This document shows, piece after piece, positions 8,657-18,973 of a stretch of 57,480 bases of DNA. The DNA lies in contig WJMD01000135.1 of NCBI GenBank assembly GCA_014728125.1, forward strand, positions 1-57,480, in the 5' to 3' direction. This stretch comes from Candidatus Effluviviaceae Genus V sp. GTDB lineage: Bacteria > Joyebacterota > Joyebacteria > Joyebacterales > Joyebacteraceae. The notes under the pieces were generated by a model. That model worked only from the letters and a program-made list of their open reading frames with translations. It was not told the DNA's origin and did not search any database. The position numbers and the translations under genes were made by a program. The stretch's first letter is position 1; each line of letters begins with the position of its first letter.

Positions 8657-9721
8657 TCAGCGCGTCCCCCTCCCGGGGTAAGCGACATCGAACCGTCTCC
8701 GGTAGTAAACGCGCGATGAGAGGACGACGATCGCCAGAAGAACGAGCAGGTAAGGGTCGAAGAAAGCGGCGACGAGAACGTAGGCCGCGACCGTCCACTG
8801 ACTGGCGAGCACGCGGGCGGCGCGGCTGCGTCGAAGCTGAGCCTGCAGGAGGAGCCCGAACCCCGCGAGCGCCGCGACGAGTCCTGCGGCGTCGGCCGAC
8901 AGGGCCGCGAACGCGACGGCGCCGCTCATCAACCCGAGAGCGACGAGCCCGGTCCTCCGCGCGCCGAGGGCGACGCCTATCGTGTTCAGGCCCTCGGCCC
9001 GGTCGCCCTCGACATCGGGGATCGTCGTCGAGGCGATGAGACCGGCCACGGCCGCTGCGTACCCCGCCGTCTCGAGCAGAGGAAAGGCCCCCGGCTCGAC
9101 CCACGCGACCTCCGGCGCGACGGCGAACCACCCGACGACCGTCGACACGGCACCGAAGCCCAGTCCGTTCCACGCGATGTCGAACCACGGGCGGGCCTTC
9201 GCTCTGATTGGCGGCGTCGAGTAGGTGACGTTGAGAACGAGCGCCGCGAGAACGGCCCACCGAACGCCCGGGGGCAGCCAGAGCGTCAGGACGCCGGCGA
9301 CGGCCCACAGGATGATCATGAGCGTCGCTGCGCGGCCCTTCGGGATGATCCCTCTGTGAAGAAGGAACAGCTTCTGGTTCCTGCGGTCGGACTCGATGTC
9401 GGTGATCTGGTTGAGGATGTACCCGCCGGCGAGCACGGCCGTCAGGGTCGTCAGGGCGAGGGCCAGCAGGGGCTGTGGGACGAGTCCGTCGAACGGACGC
9501 GGTGCCAGCGCGAGCCGGGCGCCGCGGGCGACGAAGACCCATGCCGGCACGAGGGCCGTCGGCCGGAGGAGGAAGATGTAATCGACGAGCCGGGCCCGTC
9601 GGCTCCCGGGAGCCTCGTCCTTCCGGGAGGACGGACCGTCACCGTTCGGCTGCTCTCCGCGGGCTGTGCTTCCGGACGGCGCGCTACTCGTCCTCCGTGC
9701 GTCCTCCACCGGTGTGTCCAA
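8657..9721 (-). CDS. UbiA-family aromatic prenyltransferase (integral membrane)
   Basis: Motif [14 protein letters not shown] (N..xD...D), 8-9 hydrophobic segments. TTG at 9721 sits just after a GGAGGA SD and overlaps the dut 3' end by 38 nt. Confidence 0.7.
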   Translation of the reverse strand: MDTPVEDARRTSSAPSGSTARGEQPNGDGPSSRKDEAPGSRRARLVDYIFLLRPTALVPAWVFVARGARLALAPRPFDGLVPQPLLALALTTLTAVLAGGYILNQITDIESDRRNQKLFLLHRGIIPKGRAATLMIILWAVAGVLTLWLPPGVRWAVLAALVLNVTYSTPPIRAKARPWFDIAWNGLGFGAVSTVVGWFAVAPEVAWVEPGAFPLLETAGYAAAVAGLIASTTIPDVEGDRAEGLNTIGVALGARRTGLVALGLMSGAVAFAALSADAAGLVAALAGFGLLLQAQLRRSRAARVLASQWTVAAYVLVAAFFDPYLLVLLAIVVLSSRVYYRRRFDVAYPGRGTR

Positions 9722-10157
9722 ATCCTCCGTCTCCGCGATCGGTCTGCGGAAGCTCGGCGACCTCGTTCCAGTGCGCGCGATGGACCCGACCGACGACGAG
9801 CTGAGCGATCCGGTCGCCCCGCTCTACACGGAACGGCTCGTCGCCCAGGTTGGCCAGGATGACGCCGACCTCGCCGCGGTAGTCGGCGTCGACCGTTCCC
9901 GGCGCGTTGAGGACGGTCACTCCGCGCCTGAGCGCCAGACCGCTCCTGGGCCGGACCTGGATCTCGAAGCCGTCGGGTACAGCGACGGCCAGTCCCGTCG
10001 GAACCAGTGTGACGCGCCCCGGCTCAATGGTCACGGGTTCGTCCACGGCCGCGCGCACGTCCATGCCGCTTGCCGAGCTTGTCATGTACGAGGGAAGCGG
10101 CAGCCCATCAGCATGCGGCTGCCGCTTCACCTCGATCGTGATCGGTTCGTTCTTCAT
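9684..10157 (-). CDS. dut: dUTP diphosphatase
   Basis: ATG at 10157 ([10 protein letters not shown]...). Motifs [38 protein letters not shown]. The longer ORF to 10295 would run into pnp. Confidence 0.85.
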   Translation of the reverse strand: MKNEPITIEVKRQPHADGLPLPSYMTSSASGMDVRAAVDEPVTIEPGRVTLVPTGLAVAVPDGFEIQVRPRSGLALRRGVTVLNAPGTVDADYRGEVGVILANLGDEPFRVERGDRIAQLVVGRVHRAHWNEVAELPQTDRGDGGFGHTGGGRTEDE

Positions 10158-10182
10158 CTCGTCTCGCGAAAGGACGCAGCAG

Positions 10183-12390
10183 CTACCGCTTGTCTCGACC
10201 ACGCGACCTGCCGCCTCGTCCGCCCCTCCTGTCCGACGAGCGTCCGCCGCGGGAACCTCCCCCGCGCGACCCGCCACCGGAACTTGATCCGCCACCGGAG
10301 TCTGACCCTCCGCCCTTCGGCTTCGGCAGCAGCGCCCGGCGGCTCAGACGGATCTTCCCGTTGTCCTCGACACCGATGACCTTGACCTTGACGTTCTCCC
10401 CCATCTTGAGGACGTCCTCAACGGAGCCGACGCGACCGTGCTCAAGCTCGGAGATGTGACACAGACCGTCGCGGCCCGGGAGGATCTCGATGAAGGCGCC
10501 GAAGTCGGTGATGCTCCGGACGACGCCCTCGTACTCCTCTCCGACCTCCGGCTCTTTGATCATGAGCTCGATCGTCTGCCGCGCCTCCTCGACGCCGGCG
10601 GGGTCCGTGCCGGAGACCTTGACGATGCCCTCGTCGTCGATGTCGATCGACGTGTTGGTCTCCTCCTGGAGTCCGCGGATCACGCGGCCGCCGGGGCCGA
10701 TGATCGCGCCGATCTTGCTCTGCGGCACGCGAAGCATCACGATCCTCGGCGCGAACTGCGAGAGCTCGGGCCGCGGCGTCGCCAGCGCCTCGTCCATCTT
10801 GGCCAGGATGTGCATCCGGGCCGTCTTGGCCTTCTCAAGGGCCTCGCTGAGGAGCTTCGTCGGGATGGCTCCGATCTTGGAGTCCAGCTGGAAGCCCGTG
10901 ATGCCGTTCTTCGTACCGGCGACCTTGAAGTCCATGTCACCGAGATGGTCCTCGACACCGAGAATGTCGGTCAGAATGGCGTACCGGTCGCCCTCCTTGA
11001 TGAGCCCCATCGCGACGCCGGCGACGGCGGCCTTCACGGGAACACCCGCGTCCATGAGCGCCAGCGAGCCGGAACAGACGGTCGCCATGCTCGAGGAACC
11101 GTTCGACTCCAGCACGTCGGCGACGATGCGGACCGTGTACGGGAAGACGTCCTCCGTCGGGATGACCGGCTCGATGGAGCGCTCGGCCAGCATGCCGTGC
11201 CCGATCTCACGCCTGCCCGGGCCGCGGATCGGCCGCACCTCGCCCACCGAGAACGGCGGGAAGTTGTAGTGCAGCATGTAGCTCTTCCAGGACTCGCCCT
11301 CGAGCGCGTCGATCTTCTGCTCGTCGCTCGAGGAGCCGAGCGTGAGCGCGGCCAGCACCTGCGTCTCTCCGCGCGTGAAGAGCGATGAGCCGTGGACGCG
11401 CGGGAGGATACCCGCCTCGGCCGAGACCGGCCGCACCTCGTCCAGCGAGCGGCCGTCCGTCCGGACGCCGCGGTCGAGGACGGACGCGCGCATCAGACGC
11501 TTCTCGATGTCCTTGATGATGCCGGACACGAGCTTCTCCGACTCGGGGAACTCCCCGGCCAGCGCCTCCTGAGCTTCCGTCTTGACGGCGGAGATTGCGT
11601 CTCCGCGCTCCTGCTTGTCGTGGATCCTGAGCGCCTCCTCGATCCGCGACGCGCACATCGACTCGACGCGGTCCTTGAGACCCTCGGGCATCGCGGGCTC
11701 GGGCACTTCGAAGCGCTCAACGGTGAAGTGGCTCAGCAGCTCGTTCTGGAGCTTGAGCGACTTCCTGATCTCCTCGTGGCCGAGTTCGAGCGCCTGCTGC
11801 ATCCTCTCCTCGCTGACCTCGTTCGCGCCTCCCTCGACCATCACGATGGCCTCGTCTGTGCCGGCGATCACGAGGTTGAGAACGCTCTCCTCGAGCTGTT
11901 CGAAGGTCGGGTTGACGACGAGCTCGTCGCCGACGAGCCCGATGCGAACGGCGCTGACCGGTCCGTCGTTCGGGACCGGCGAGAGCGCGAGCGCCGTGCT
12001 GGCGCCGATGATGCTGATCGTATCGGAGTCGTTCTCACCGTCGGCCGACAGTACGATGACCTGGACCTGGACCTCGTTCCGCATGTGCGACGGAAGGAGC
12101 GACCTGATCGGCCGGTCGATCTGCCGCGCCGAGAGGATCTCCTTGGTCTGCGGACGACCTTCGCGCTTGAAGAAGCCGCCGGGGATCTTCCCCGCCGCGT
12201 AGAACTTCTCGCGGTAGTCGACGAAGAGCGGCAGCCAGCCGCGGTCGACCGGTTCGTCCGTGTGCGTGACCGCGGCCAGGATCATCGTGTCTCCGTATCG
12301 AACGAGCGCGGAGCCCGATGCCTGCTTCGCCACGCGGCCTGTCTCTATCGTGAGGGGCCGTCCGGCCCACTCCATTTGTACCCTCTGCAT
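10183..12390 (-). CDS. pnp: Polyribonucleotide nucleotidyltransferase (PNPase) with Gly/Arg-rich C-terminal tail
   Basis: ATG at 12390 with GGAGGAAG SD. Two RNase PH domains ([15 protein letters not shown]), KH ([15 protein letters not shown]), S1 ([28 protein letters not shown]). Confidence 0.95.
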   Translation of the reverse strand: MQRVQMEWAGRPLTIETGRVAKQASGSALVRYGDTMILAAVTHTDEPVDRGWLPLFVDYREKFYAAGKIPGGFFKREGRPQTKEILSARQIDRPIRSLLPSHMRNEVQVQVIVLSADGENDSDTISIIGASTALALSPVPNDGPVSAVRIGLVGDELVVNPTFEQLEESVLNLVIAGTDEAIVMVEGGANEVSEERMQQALELGHEEIRKSLKLQNELLSHFTVERFEVPEPAMPEGLKDRVESMCASRIEEALRIHDKQERGDAISAVKTEAQEALAGEFPESEKLVSGIIKDIEKRLMRASVLDRGVRTDGRSLDEVRPVSAEAGILPRVHGSSLFTRGETQVLAALTLGSSSDEQKIDALEGESWKSYMLHYNFPPFSVGEVRPIRGPGRREIGHGMLAERSIEPVIPTEDVFPYTVRIVADVLESNGSSSMATVCSGSLALMDAGVPVKAAVAGVAMGLIKEGDRYAILTDILGVEDHLGDMDFKVAGTKNGITGFQLDSKIGAIPTKLLSEALEKAKTARMHILAKMDEALATPRPELSQFAPRIVMLRVPQSKIGAIIGPGGRVIRGLQEETNTSIDIDDEGIVKVSGTDPAGVEEARQTIELMIKEPEVGEEYEGVVRSITDFGAFIEILPGRDGLCHISELEHGRVGSVEDVLKMGENVKVKVIGVEDNGKIRLSRRALLPKPKGGGSDSGGGSSSGGGSRGGGSRGGRSSDRRGGRGGRSRGRDKR

Positions 12391-12439
12391 CTACTTCCTC
12401 CACTGACGTGAGTTGCACTCCTCGGGCTTCCTGAACAAA

Positions 12440-12467
12440 GGCCCTCCCGAACGCTCGCGGGAGGGCC
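12440..12467 (-). terminator. rpsO terminator / pnp leader hairpin
   Basis: GGCCCTCCCG-8 nt-CGGGAGGGCC (10-bp stem). On the minus strand it is followed by TTTGTTCAG. There is no room for a separate promoter before pnp. Confidence 0.55.
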
Positions 12468-12509
12468 AGCAGTCGGAGTGCGCACAATGGGGCTCTCTCG
12501 AGTCCTCGC

Positions 12510-12779
12510 CTACCTGCGCAGCCCGAGTTCCTTGATGATCTGTCTGTAGCTGTCGGTCTTGTGGGTCTTGAGGTAGTTCAGGAGGCGACGCCTCTTGCCT
12601 ACCATCTTCAGGAGACCGAGTCGCGAGTGGTTGTCCTTCTTGTGCTTCTCGAAGTGCTTCGACAGGGTCTCGATGCGTTCAGTCAGGAGCGCGACCTGCA
12701 CCTCGGCGGAACCGGTGTCACCGGCGTGCGTCTCGAAGCGCTTCACGATCTCCTGCTTCTTCTCCTTGCTGAGCGACAC
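12510..12779 (-). CDS. rpsO: 30S ribosomal protein S15
   Basis: GTG at 12779 with [27 protein letters not shown]...[25 protein letters not shown]. Confidence 0.95.
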   Translation of the reverse strand: MSLSKEKKQEIVKRFETHAGDTGSAEVQVALLTERIETLSKHFEKHKKDNHSRLGLLKMVGKRRRLLNYLKTHKTDSYRQIIKELGLRR

Positions 12780-12828
12780 GTGCGTCTTCCTCCATGGTCC
12801 TTGGCGTCATCTGTATCTGAACAGAGAC

Positions 12829-12857
12829 AACGTAACACAGCACCCCTATGCTGTCAA
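12829..12857 (-). promoter_or_regulatory. Candidate promoter for rpsO-pnp
   Basis: Minus strand: TTGACA (12857..12852, overlapping the ribF stop), 17-nt spacer, TACGTT (12834..12829). Confidence 0.4.
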
Positions 12858-13810
12858 AAGGAAATCGCCCGCCAGTCCTCCGGCCCCTCCTCGAGGAGGC
12901 GGCGCGCTTCGGCCACGTCCCGACCGATGGCCGCGGCGAGCTGGTCCTTCGAGGCGTAGGTCCTGTCCCGCCTGAGGAGAGTCAGGAGCTCGGCCGAGAG
13001 CCGCTCCGTTCGTTCGGGCGGTCCCCCCGGGAGATGAACCTCGGCCCGTCTCGTTCCGTCGTCGTCGATCGTCGGCCTGCGTCCCACGTAGACGAGTCCC
13101 GCCGTCTCGGCCGGTCCCGTTCCGTGGACGCGCGCAACGTAGACCCCGTCCGCCGGCAGCAGCTTCAGGTCGGGCAGGGCGAGGTTGAGCGTCGGATAGC
13201 CGAGCTCCGTCCCGTGCCCCGCGCCGCTGACGACGTCGCCCGCGAGCTCGTACGCGCGACCGAGCATGGCGTTGGCGGACCGAAGCTCCCCCGCCGCCAG
13301 CTGTTCGCGGATGCGGGAGCTCGAGACCGGGCGCCCCTCGAAACTCACCGGAGGCACGACGTCGAGCCCGAATCCCATGCCCTGTCCGATGGCCCCCATC
13401 CGGTGGATGTCGCACGCCCGACCCGCGCCCATATGGAAGTCGTATCCAAGCACGAGGTGCGAGCCGGTCCCGACCGAGATGAGCCTGAGGAACGCCTCGG
13501 CCGACAGAGAGGCCACGCACTCGGTGAACTCGACGACGACCAGCAGGTCGGCGTCCTCGGCCTCGATCAGCCGTTCGCGCTCCGTCCCCGGAGAGAGCAG
13601 GCCCATAGGGGCCCGCCGTCCTACGATCTGCAGCGGATGAGGGGCGAACGTCACCACGACGGCCGGCGTCCCGCGCGATGCGGCGCTACGCTTGAGTTCG
13701 GACAGCACCTCACGGTGTCCTCTGTGGACCCCGTCGAAGTTGCCCACGGTCAGCGTGAGATCCTTCGTGTCGATGCCCGCCAGGGCCTTCACGTCGCGCA
13801 CGGTCCGCAC
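12854..13810 (-). CDS. ribF: Bifunctional riboflavin kinase / FAD synthetase
   Basis: GNFDGVHRGH nucleotidyltransferase motif. C-terminal kinase region GHGTELGYPTLNL. Confidence 0.9.
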   Translation of the reverse strand: MRTVRDVKALAGIDTKDLTLTVGNFDGVHRGHREVLSELKRSAASRGTPAVVVTFAPHPLQIVGRRAPMGLLSPGTERERLIEAEDADLLVVVEFTECVASLSAEAFLRLISVGTGSHLVLGYDFHMGAGRACDIHRMGAIGQGMGFGLDVVPPVSFEGRPVSSSRIREQLAAGELRSANAMLGRAYELAGDVVSGAGHGTELGYPTLNLALPDLKLLPADGVYVARVHGTGPAETAGLVYVGRRPTIDDDGTRRAEVHLPGGPPERTERLSAELLTLLRRDRTYASKDQLAAAIGRDVAEARRLLEEGPEDWRAISF

Positions 13811-13834
13811 GTCGCCTTGACTCCCCCCGGACGT

Positions 13835-14737
13835 TCAGATGGGCGGGACGAAGACCTTCTCGGGATCGACCCGGACGGTCCCACCGTTCCTCGTGACCCT
13901 CGCCACGGCCATCAGCGCCGCTCCGTCCTCCGTCAGAAGAGCTCGATCGGTCGAGACACCCGACGCCTGAGCATCGTCCAGCCTGACCCCGCCCCCATCC
14001 ATCACGCGCTCGGCCTGCTCCTCGCTCAGCGTGACGACATCGAGATCTGGAAGGGCGCCGAGCGGCGGCACCCCCAGCTCCAGCCAGGCGTCGCCGGCCT
14101 CCATGATGTCCGCAAGGGCGACGGCCTCCTCCACGCGGAAGGGACCGACCCGTGTGCGCCTCAGACGGTCGAGATGCGCTCCGCATCCCAGCTGCTCGCC
14201 GACGTCGGCCGCGAGCGTGCGGACATACGTGCCCTTCGAACATTCGATCACGAACTCGACGTACGGGAGGTCGAAGCTCACGATGCGAAGATCGCGGACC
14301 GTCACGGGACGGGCCTCGCGCTCGACACGGATCCCCTGTCTGGCCAGTTCGTAGAGCGGCACGCCGCCGCGCTTGAGAGCCGACACCATCGGCGGCGTCT
14401 GCATGATGTCGCCCCTGAAGGAATCAAGGACCGAGTCGAGACGGTCGCGGTCGACTCCCGAGGGGTCCCTGCGCTCGAGCACCTCGCCCTCGGCGTCCTG
14501 TGTGTCGGTCGTCACACCGAGGACCATCCGGCCGCTGTAGGATTTGTCGTGGTCCATGAGGTAGGCCGACAGACGCGTCGTCCGTCCCACCATGACGACC
14601 AGTACGCCCGTGCCTCGGGGATCGAGCGTCCCCGCGTGGCCGACGCGGCGCACGCCCGTGGCTCTTCGGACCCTGGCCACGACGTCGTGCGAGGTGGGCC
14701 CCGACGGTTTGTCGATGATCAGCAGTCTGTCGCTCAA
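13835..14737 (-). CDS. truB: tRNA pseudouridine(55) synthase
   Basis: LLIIDKPSGPTSHDVV and GHAGTLDPRGTGVLVV. The TTG start forms a TTGA overlap with the upstream stop. Confidence 0.9.
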   Translation of the reverse strand: MSDRLLIIDKPSGPTSHDVVARVRRATGVRRVGHAGTLDPRGTGVLVVMVGRTTRLSAYLMDHDKSYSGRMVLGVTTDTQDAEGEVLERRDPSGVDRDRLDSVLDSFRGDIMQTPPMVSALKRGGVPLYELARQGIRVEREARPVTVRDLRIVSFDLPYVEFVIECSKGTYVRTLAADVGEQLGCGAHLDRLRRTRVGPFRVEEAVALADIMEAGDAWLELGVPPLGALPDLDVVTLSEEQAERVMDGGGVRLDDAQASGVSTDRALLTEDGAALMAVARVTRNGGTVRVDPEKVFVPPI

Positions 14738-15687
14738 TCGAGCAGTCCTCCGAGCGCCTCGATCACGCGGCCCCTCGCGTCCGCGATGGTGCCCTCGACG
14801 AGTGCGCCGGAAGCGGCCCTGTGACCGCCTCCCCCGAGTCGTCGCGCCAGCGCGTTGACGTCGACGCGCCCCCTGGAGCGCATGCTCAGCCGGACGCGGC
14901 CGTCCTCCTCTCTCAGGAGCACGGAGACCTCGACGCCCTGGATCCCGCGGCCGTAGGCCGCCAGCCCCTCGATCTCCTCACCTGTCGCGCCGGCCCTCCG
15001 GCGCATCTCGTCGGTCAGCGTCAGAAAGGCGAGACGTCCGTCGAGCGCTGTTTCGACCGTCGAGAGGACCAGACCGAGAAGCCTGAGGCTGCCGATCGGC
15101 TGCGAACCGTAGACGAGCGTCGCCACCTCCGCCGGGCGGGCCCCGCAGCCGACCAGCGCCGCGGCCGCACGGAGGGTCCGCTCGTCGGTGTTCCCGAAGC
15201 GGAAGCCGCCGGTGTCGGTCAGAACGCCCGTGTAGAGCAGCGTGGCGGTCTCCGCGTCGAGGCCGTCGCCGGCCTCCGTCAGCGTCTCGTACAGCAGAAG
15301 GGCGGCGGACGACGCCCCGGTGTCGATGAGGTTGATGTCCCCGTAGCCCTGATTGTCGGGATGATGGTCGATGACGACGACGCTGGCTGCGCGCTCGTGT
15401 CCGTTCTCGAGCCCCGCCACACGATCGGGCGACGGTGTGTCGACGAGGATCAGCGTCGTGTCGGAGAGGTCCTCCGGGTAGAAGTCGAGCACGTCACCGG
15501 CGCCGGGGAGCGCCGCGTAGGGATCGGGAACGCCTCCGGGGACCACGGCGTCGGCCTTCCGTCCCCGTTCGCGAAGCCATCTGACAAGCGCCAGCATCGA
15601 GCCGACAGAGTCCCCGTCAGGACGTTCGTGAGCTCCGACGATGAACGGACCCTCACCCCTCAGGGTCTCCGCTGCCTCCGTCGTCAT
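14734..15687 (-). CDS. DHH/DHHA1 phosphoesterase (NrnA-like oligoribonuclease / pAp phosphatase)
   Basis: Motifs HERPDGDSVGS, DHHPDN, GGGGHRAASG. ATG at 15687 with GAGGAG SD overlaps the rbfA 3' end. Confidence 0.8.
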   Translation of the reverse strand: MTTEAAETLRGEGPFIVGAHERPDGDSVGSMLALVRWLRERGRKADAVVPGGVPDPYAALPGAGDVLDFYPEDLSDTTLILVDTPSPDRVAGLENGHERAASVVVIDHHPDNQGYGDINLIDTGASSAALLLYETLTEAGDGLDAETATLLYTGVLTDTGGFRFGNTDERTLRAAAALVGCGARPAEVATLVYGSQPIGSLRLLGLVLSTVETALDGRLAFLTLTDEMRRRAGATGEEIEGLAAYGRGIQGVEVSVLLREEDGRVRLSMRSRGRVDVNALARRLGGGGHRAASGALVEGTIADARGRVIEALGGLLD

Positions 15688-16042
15688 CCCCGGGCTCCTC
15701 TTCGTCGTGGATCTGGCGAAGCACCTCTGCGATACGCAGGTAGTTCTCTGCGGACTCGTCCAGGATGAAGCGGATCCGCGGTACCAGGCGCAGGTTGATG
15801 CTCTCGGCGAGCCGGCCCCTGATGAACCGGCCGGCGTGATGAAGAAGACGCAGCGAGCGCTCCTTCTGGTCGTCGTCGCCGAGCACGCTGACGAAGGCCT
15901 TGGCGTGCCGGAGGTCCTCCGACAGCTCGACCCCCGTCACCGTCACCATGCCGATGCGTGGGTCGTTGACCTCCTGGTCGATGATGCGCCCGAGCTCACG
16001 CTGGATCAGCTCGCACAATCTGAGGATTCTCGTCGATGTCAT
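15653..16042 (-). CDS. rbfA: Ribosome-binding factor A
   Basis: ATG at 16042 with GGGGGAGGA SD. RILRLCELIQRELGRII..DPR...VTVTGVELSEDLRHAKAFVS. Confidence 0.85.
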   Translation of the reverse strand: MTSTRILRLCELIQRELGRIIDQEVNDPRIGMVTVTGVELSEDLRHAKAFVSVLGDDDQKERSLRLLHHAGRFIRGRLAESINLRLVPRIRFILDESAENYLRIAEVLRQIHDEEEPGDDDGGSGDPEG

Positions 16043-16066
16043 GACGTCCTCCCCCACCGGCGCCGA

Positions 16067-16348
16067 TCACTCGATGCGTCGTGACTGTGACACGATGTTC
16101 ACTCTGCCGTCGAGCTCTATCAGGTCGAGCACCTTATCGAGGACCTCGTCGGCGAAGCGGCGGTCGCTGGTTGCGACCGCCACTCCGAGCGAGATCCTCT
16201 GCCAGAGATCCTGGTCGCCCACGTCGGCGACCGAGACGTTGAACCGTCCCCGGATCCTGTCCTTGAGACTCCTGACCACCCTGCGCCGGGCCTTGAGCGA
16301 GTGGCTCTCCGAAACGATCATGTCGACCTGAAGCGTACCGACGACCAC
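16067..16348 (-). CDS. DUF503 (YlxP-like) protein
   Basis: 93 aa sited between infB and rbfA, as in many bacteria. The pattern MVVGTL.VD....ESHSLK.RR.VV.SLKDR matches my recollection of DUF503. Confidence 0.7.
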   Translation of the reverse strand: MVVGTLQVDMIVSESHSLKARRRVVRSLKDRIRGRFNVSVADVGDQDLWQRISLGVAVATSDRRFADEVLDKVLDLIELDGRVNIVSQSRRIE

Positions 16349-16369
16349 GTGCGTCTCCCCGAGCCTCCG

Positions 16370-18916
16370 CTACTTAGAGTCGGCGAGCTTCCGCGCCACC
16401 TCCTCGATCTCGTAGACCTCGATCCGGTCTCCCGTCTCGATGTCGTCGAGGCCGGCGATGCCGACCCCGCACTCGAAGCCCTGCTGAACCTCTCGGACGT
16501 CGTCCTTGAAGCGTTTCAGGGACTCGACCGTACCCTCGTGGTGGAGCATCTCGTCGCGGATGACGCGCGTCTTGGCGCCGCGCCGAATGACCCCCGAGAG
16601 CACGTAGCAGCCCGCGATCGTCCCCTTGTTCGGGACCTTGAAGGTCTCGCGGACCTCCGCCGTCCCGATGACGACCTCGCGCCGTTCGGGTTCGAGCAGC
16701 CCCTCCATGGCGGCCCTGATGTCCTCGACCGCCTCGTAGATGATCTTGTACAGGCGGATCTCCACCTGCTCGCGCCTGGCGAGATCCCGCACCCTCACCG
16801 ACGCTCCGATATGGAATCCGACGATGATGGCGTTCGATGCCGCGGCCAGCAGCACGTCCGACTCCGTCACGGCGCCGACGGCCTTCCGGATGACCTCGAC
16901 CTTGACCTCCTCGGTCGACAGCCTCTCCAGCGAATCGGCCAGTGCGCCGATCGATCCGTCGACGTCTCCCTTGATGATGATGCGGAGTTCCTTGACCTGA
17001 CCCTCGAGGATCTGATCGTGCAGGTCCTCGAGCGTGACACGGTGCTGGAAGCGCGTCTGGCGCTCCCACTGCTGCTGGCGACGCTTCCCGCTGATGTCGC
17101 GGGCGAGCCTCTCGTCGGAGACGACGGCCAGCACGTCACCGGCCTGCGGCACGCCTGTGAGACCGGAGATCTGGACGGGCTTCGAGGGGCCCGCTTCCTC
17201 GACCTCGTTGTTGAACTCGTCGTGCATCGAGCGGACCTTCCCGTCGGCAAGCCCGACCACGAACGGGTCTCCGACCCGCAGCGTTCCGGACTCTACCAGC
17301 ACCGTCGCGACGATGCCGCGGCCCCGCTCCTTCTCGACCTCGATGACCACGCCGCGCCCCGGACCCGAGTCGACCGCCTTGAGCTCGAGAAGCCCCGACT
17401 GGAAGAGGATCATCTCCAGGAGCTTGTCGACGCCCTGGCCGGTCTTCGCGGAGGTCTCGACGGCGACCGTCTCGCCGCCCCACTCCTCGACAGTCAGTCC
17501 GTGCTGAGCGAGTTCGGATCGCACCTTGTCGGGGTTCGCGCCCGGCAGGTCGATCTTGTTGACAGCCACGATGATCGGGACCCCGGCCGCCTTTGCGTGG
17601 TCGATCGCCTCGAGGGTCTGGGGCATCACCCCGTCGTCGGCCGCGACGACGAGCACCACCACATCGGTCGCCTGAGCGCCCCGGGCCCGCATTGCCGTGA
17701 AGGCCTCGTGACCCGGGGTGTCGAGGAAGGTGACCCGCTCCCCCTCGTACTCCACCTCGTAGGCACCGATGTGCTGTGTGATGCCGCCGGACTCGCCTCC
17801 CACGACGTTCGTGCTGCGGATGTAGTCCAGGAGCAGCGTCTTGCCGTGGTCGACGTGTCCCATGACCACGACGACCGGTGCGCGCGGTGCGGTCTCGACA
17901 TCCTCTTCGGACGTGGCCTCCTCGAGATCCTGCTCGAGGATGTCCTCGCCGTACTCCCTCATCAGCTCGACGTCCGCGTCCACCTCCTCGGCGAGAAGCT
18001 GGATGGTGTCGGCGTCGAGCCTCTGGTTGATGGTGACCATCAGACCGAGGTCGAGGCACTTCTTGATCACGTCGTTGACCGGCATCTCGACCTGCTCGGC
18101 GAACTCGCCGACCGACGCGAACTCGGGGATCTGGATGGCGCGTTCGTCGTCCGCGACCGTCCCGTCGCCCCTGTCGCGCTTCTTGCGACGTCTGGTCCTC
18201 CGCTCGCCTGAGGCCGCCATGGTCTTCCGGACCGTCTCTTCGACGGTCTTCTGATCGACCCTCGGTCGACGCTTCCTGCGGCGGTCGCCCCTGCCCTTCC
18301 TCGGCTTCTTCTCACGCTTCGCGGGCGCGGCTCCCTTCTTCTCCTTCTCGGGGGCCTTCTCCTTCTTCTCCCGCTCGCGCTTCGCCTCCTCGGCCTCCCG
18401 GGCGGCCCGCTCCTGCGCGGCCCGTTTCTCCTCTTCCCTGCGCCTCTTCTCCTCGGCCAGCCGCTTCTTCTCGGCCGCCTTCTTCGCGGCGCGCTCCTCC
18501 CGCTGCTTCGCGAGCACGTCGCGCGCAGCCTGGCGGGCAGCCTCGGCGACGATCTTCTTGCGATCGACCTTCGGCTTCTTCGGAGGCTCCGGCACCTTCG
18601 GCTCGGGCTTCGCCGCTTCCTTCTTCGGAGGAAGGGTCTCCGCGACGCGCCGCTTCTCCTTCGTCGGGGTCTTCTTGACCTTGAGCGCGCCCTTGCCCTT
18701 CTTCTTTCGGATCGCCTTCTTGATCTTCTTGGCATACTCCCGCTTGACGGCGTCCTTCTCCTTCTCGAACTCAGCGCGCGCCGCTTCGATGGTCTCCTCA
18801 TCGATGGCGTTCATGTGGCTCGAGATGTCGTAGCCAAGCTTCTGAAGCATGCCGATCAGAGCTTCGCTCGATATGCGAAACTCCTTCGCGACCTGGTAAA
18901 CGCGCTTCTTCGCCAC
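16370..18916 (-). CDS. infB: Translation initiation factor IF-2
   Basis: GTG at 18916 with GAGGAGG SD. G-domain [27 protein letters not shown]. Long K/R/E/A-rich N-terminal linker. Confidence 0.95.
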   Translation of the reverse strand: MAKKRVYQVAKEFRISSEALIGMLQKLGYDISSHMNAIDEETIEAARAEFEKEKDAVKREYAKKIKKAIRKKKGKGALKVKKTPTKEKRRVAETLPPKKEAAKPEPKVPEPPKKPKVDRKKIVAEAARQAARDVLAKQREERAAKKAAEKKRLAEEKRRREEEKRAAQERAAREAEEAKREREKKEKAPEKEKKGAAPAKREKKPRKGRGDRRRKRRPRVDQKTVEETVRKTMAASGERRTRRRKKRDRGDGTVADDERAIQIPEFASVGEFAEQVEMPVNDVIKKCLDLGLMVTINQRLDADTIQLLAEEVDADVELMREYGEDILEQDLEEATSEEDVETAPRAPVVVVMGHVDHGKTLLLDYIRSTNVVGGESGGITQHIGAYEVEYEGERVTFLDTPGHEAFTAMRARGAQATDVVVLVVAADDGVMPQTLEAIDHAKAAGVPIIVAVNKIDLPGANPDKVRSELAQHGLTVEEWGGETVAVETSAKTGQGVDKLLEMILFQSGLLELKAVDSGPGRGVVIEVEKERGRGIVATVLVESGTLRVGDPFVVGLADGKVRSMHDEFNNEVEEAGPSKPVQISGLTGVPQAGDVLAVVSDERLARDISGKRRQQQWERQTRFQHRVTLEDLHDQILEGQVKELRIIIKGDVDGSIGALADSLERLSTEEVKVEVIRKAVGAVTESDVLLAAASNAIIVGFHIGASVRVRDLARREQVEIRLYKIIYEAVEDIRAAMEGLLEPERREVVIGTAEVRETFKVPNKGTIAGCYVLSGVIRRGAKTRVIRDEMLHHEGTVESLKRFKDDVREVQQGFECGVGIAGLDDIETGDRIEVYEIEEVARKLADSK

Positions 18917-18973
18917 GACTACCTCCTCGTTCGATCAGGATCCGGCACTGGGGCGGAAGAGAATCTGTACGGC

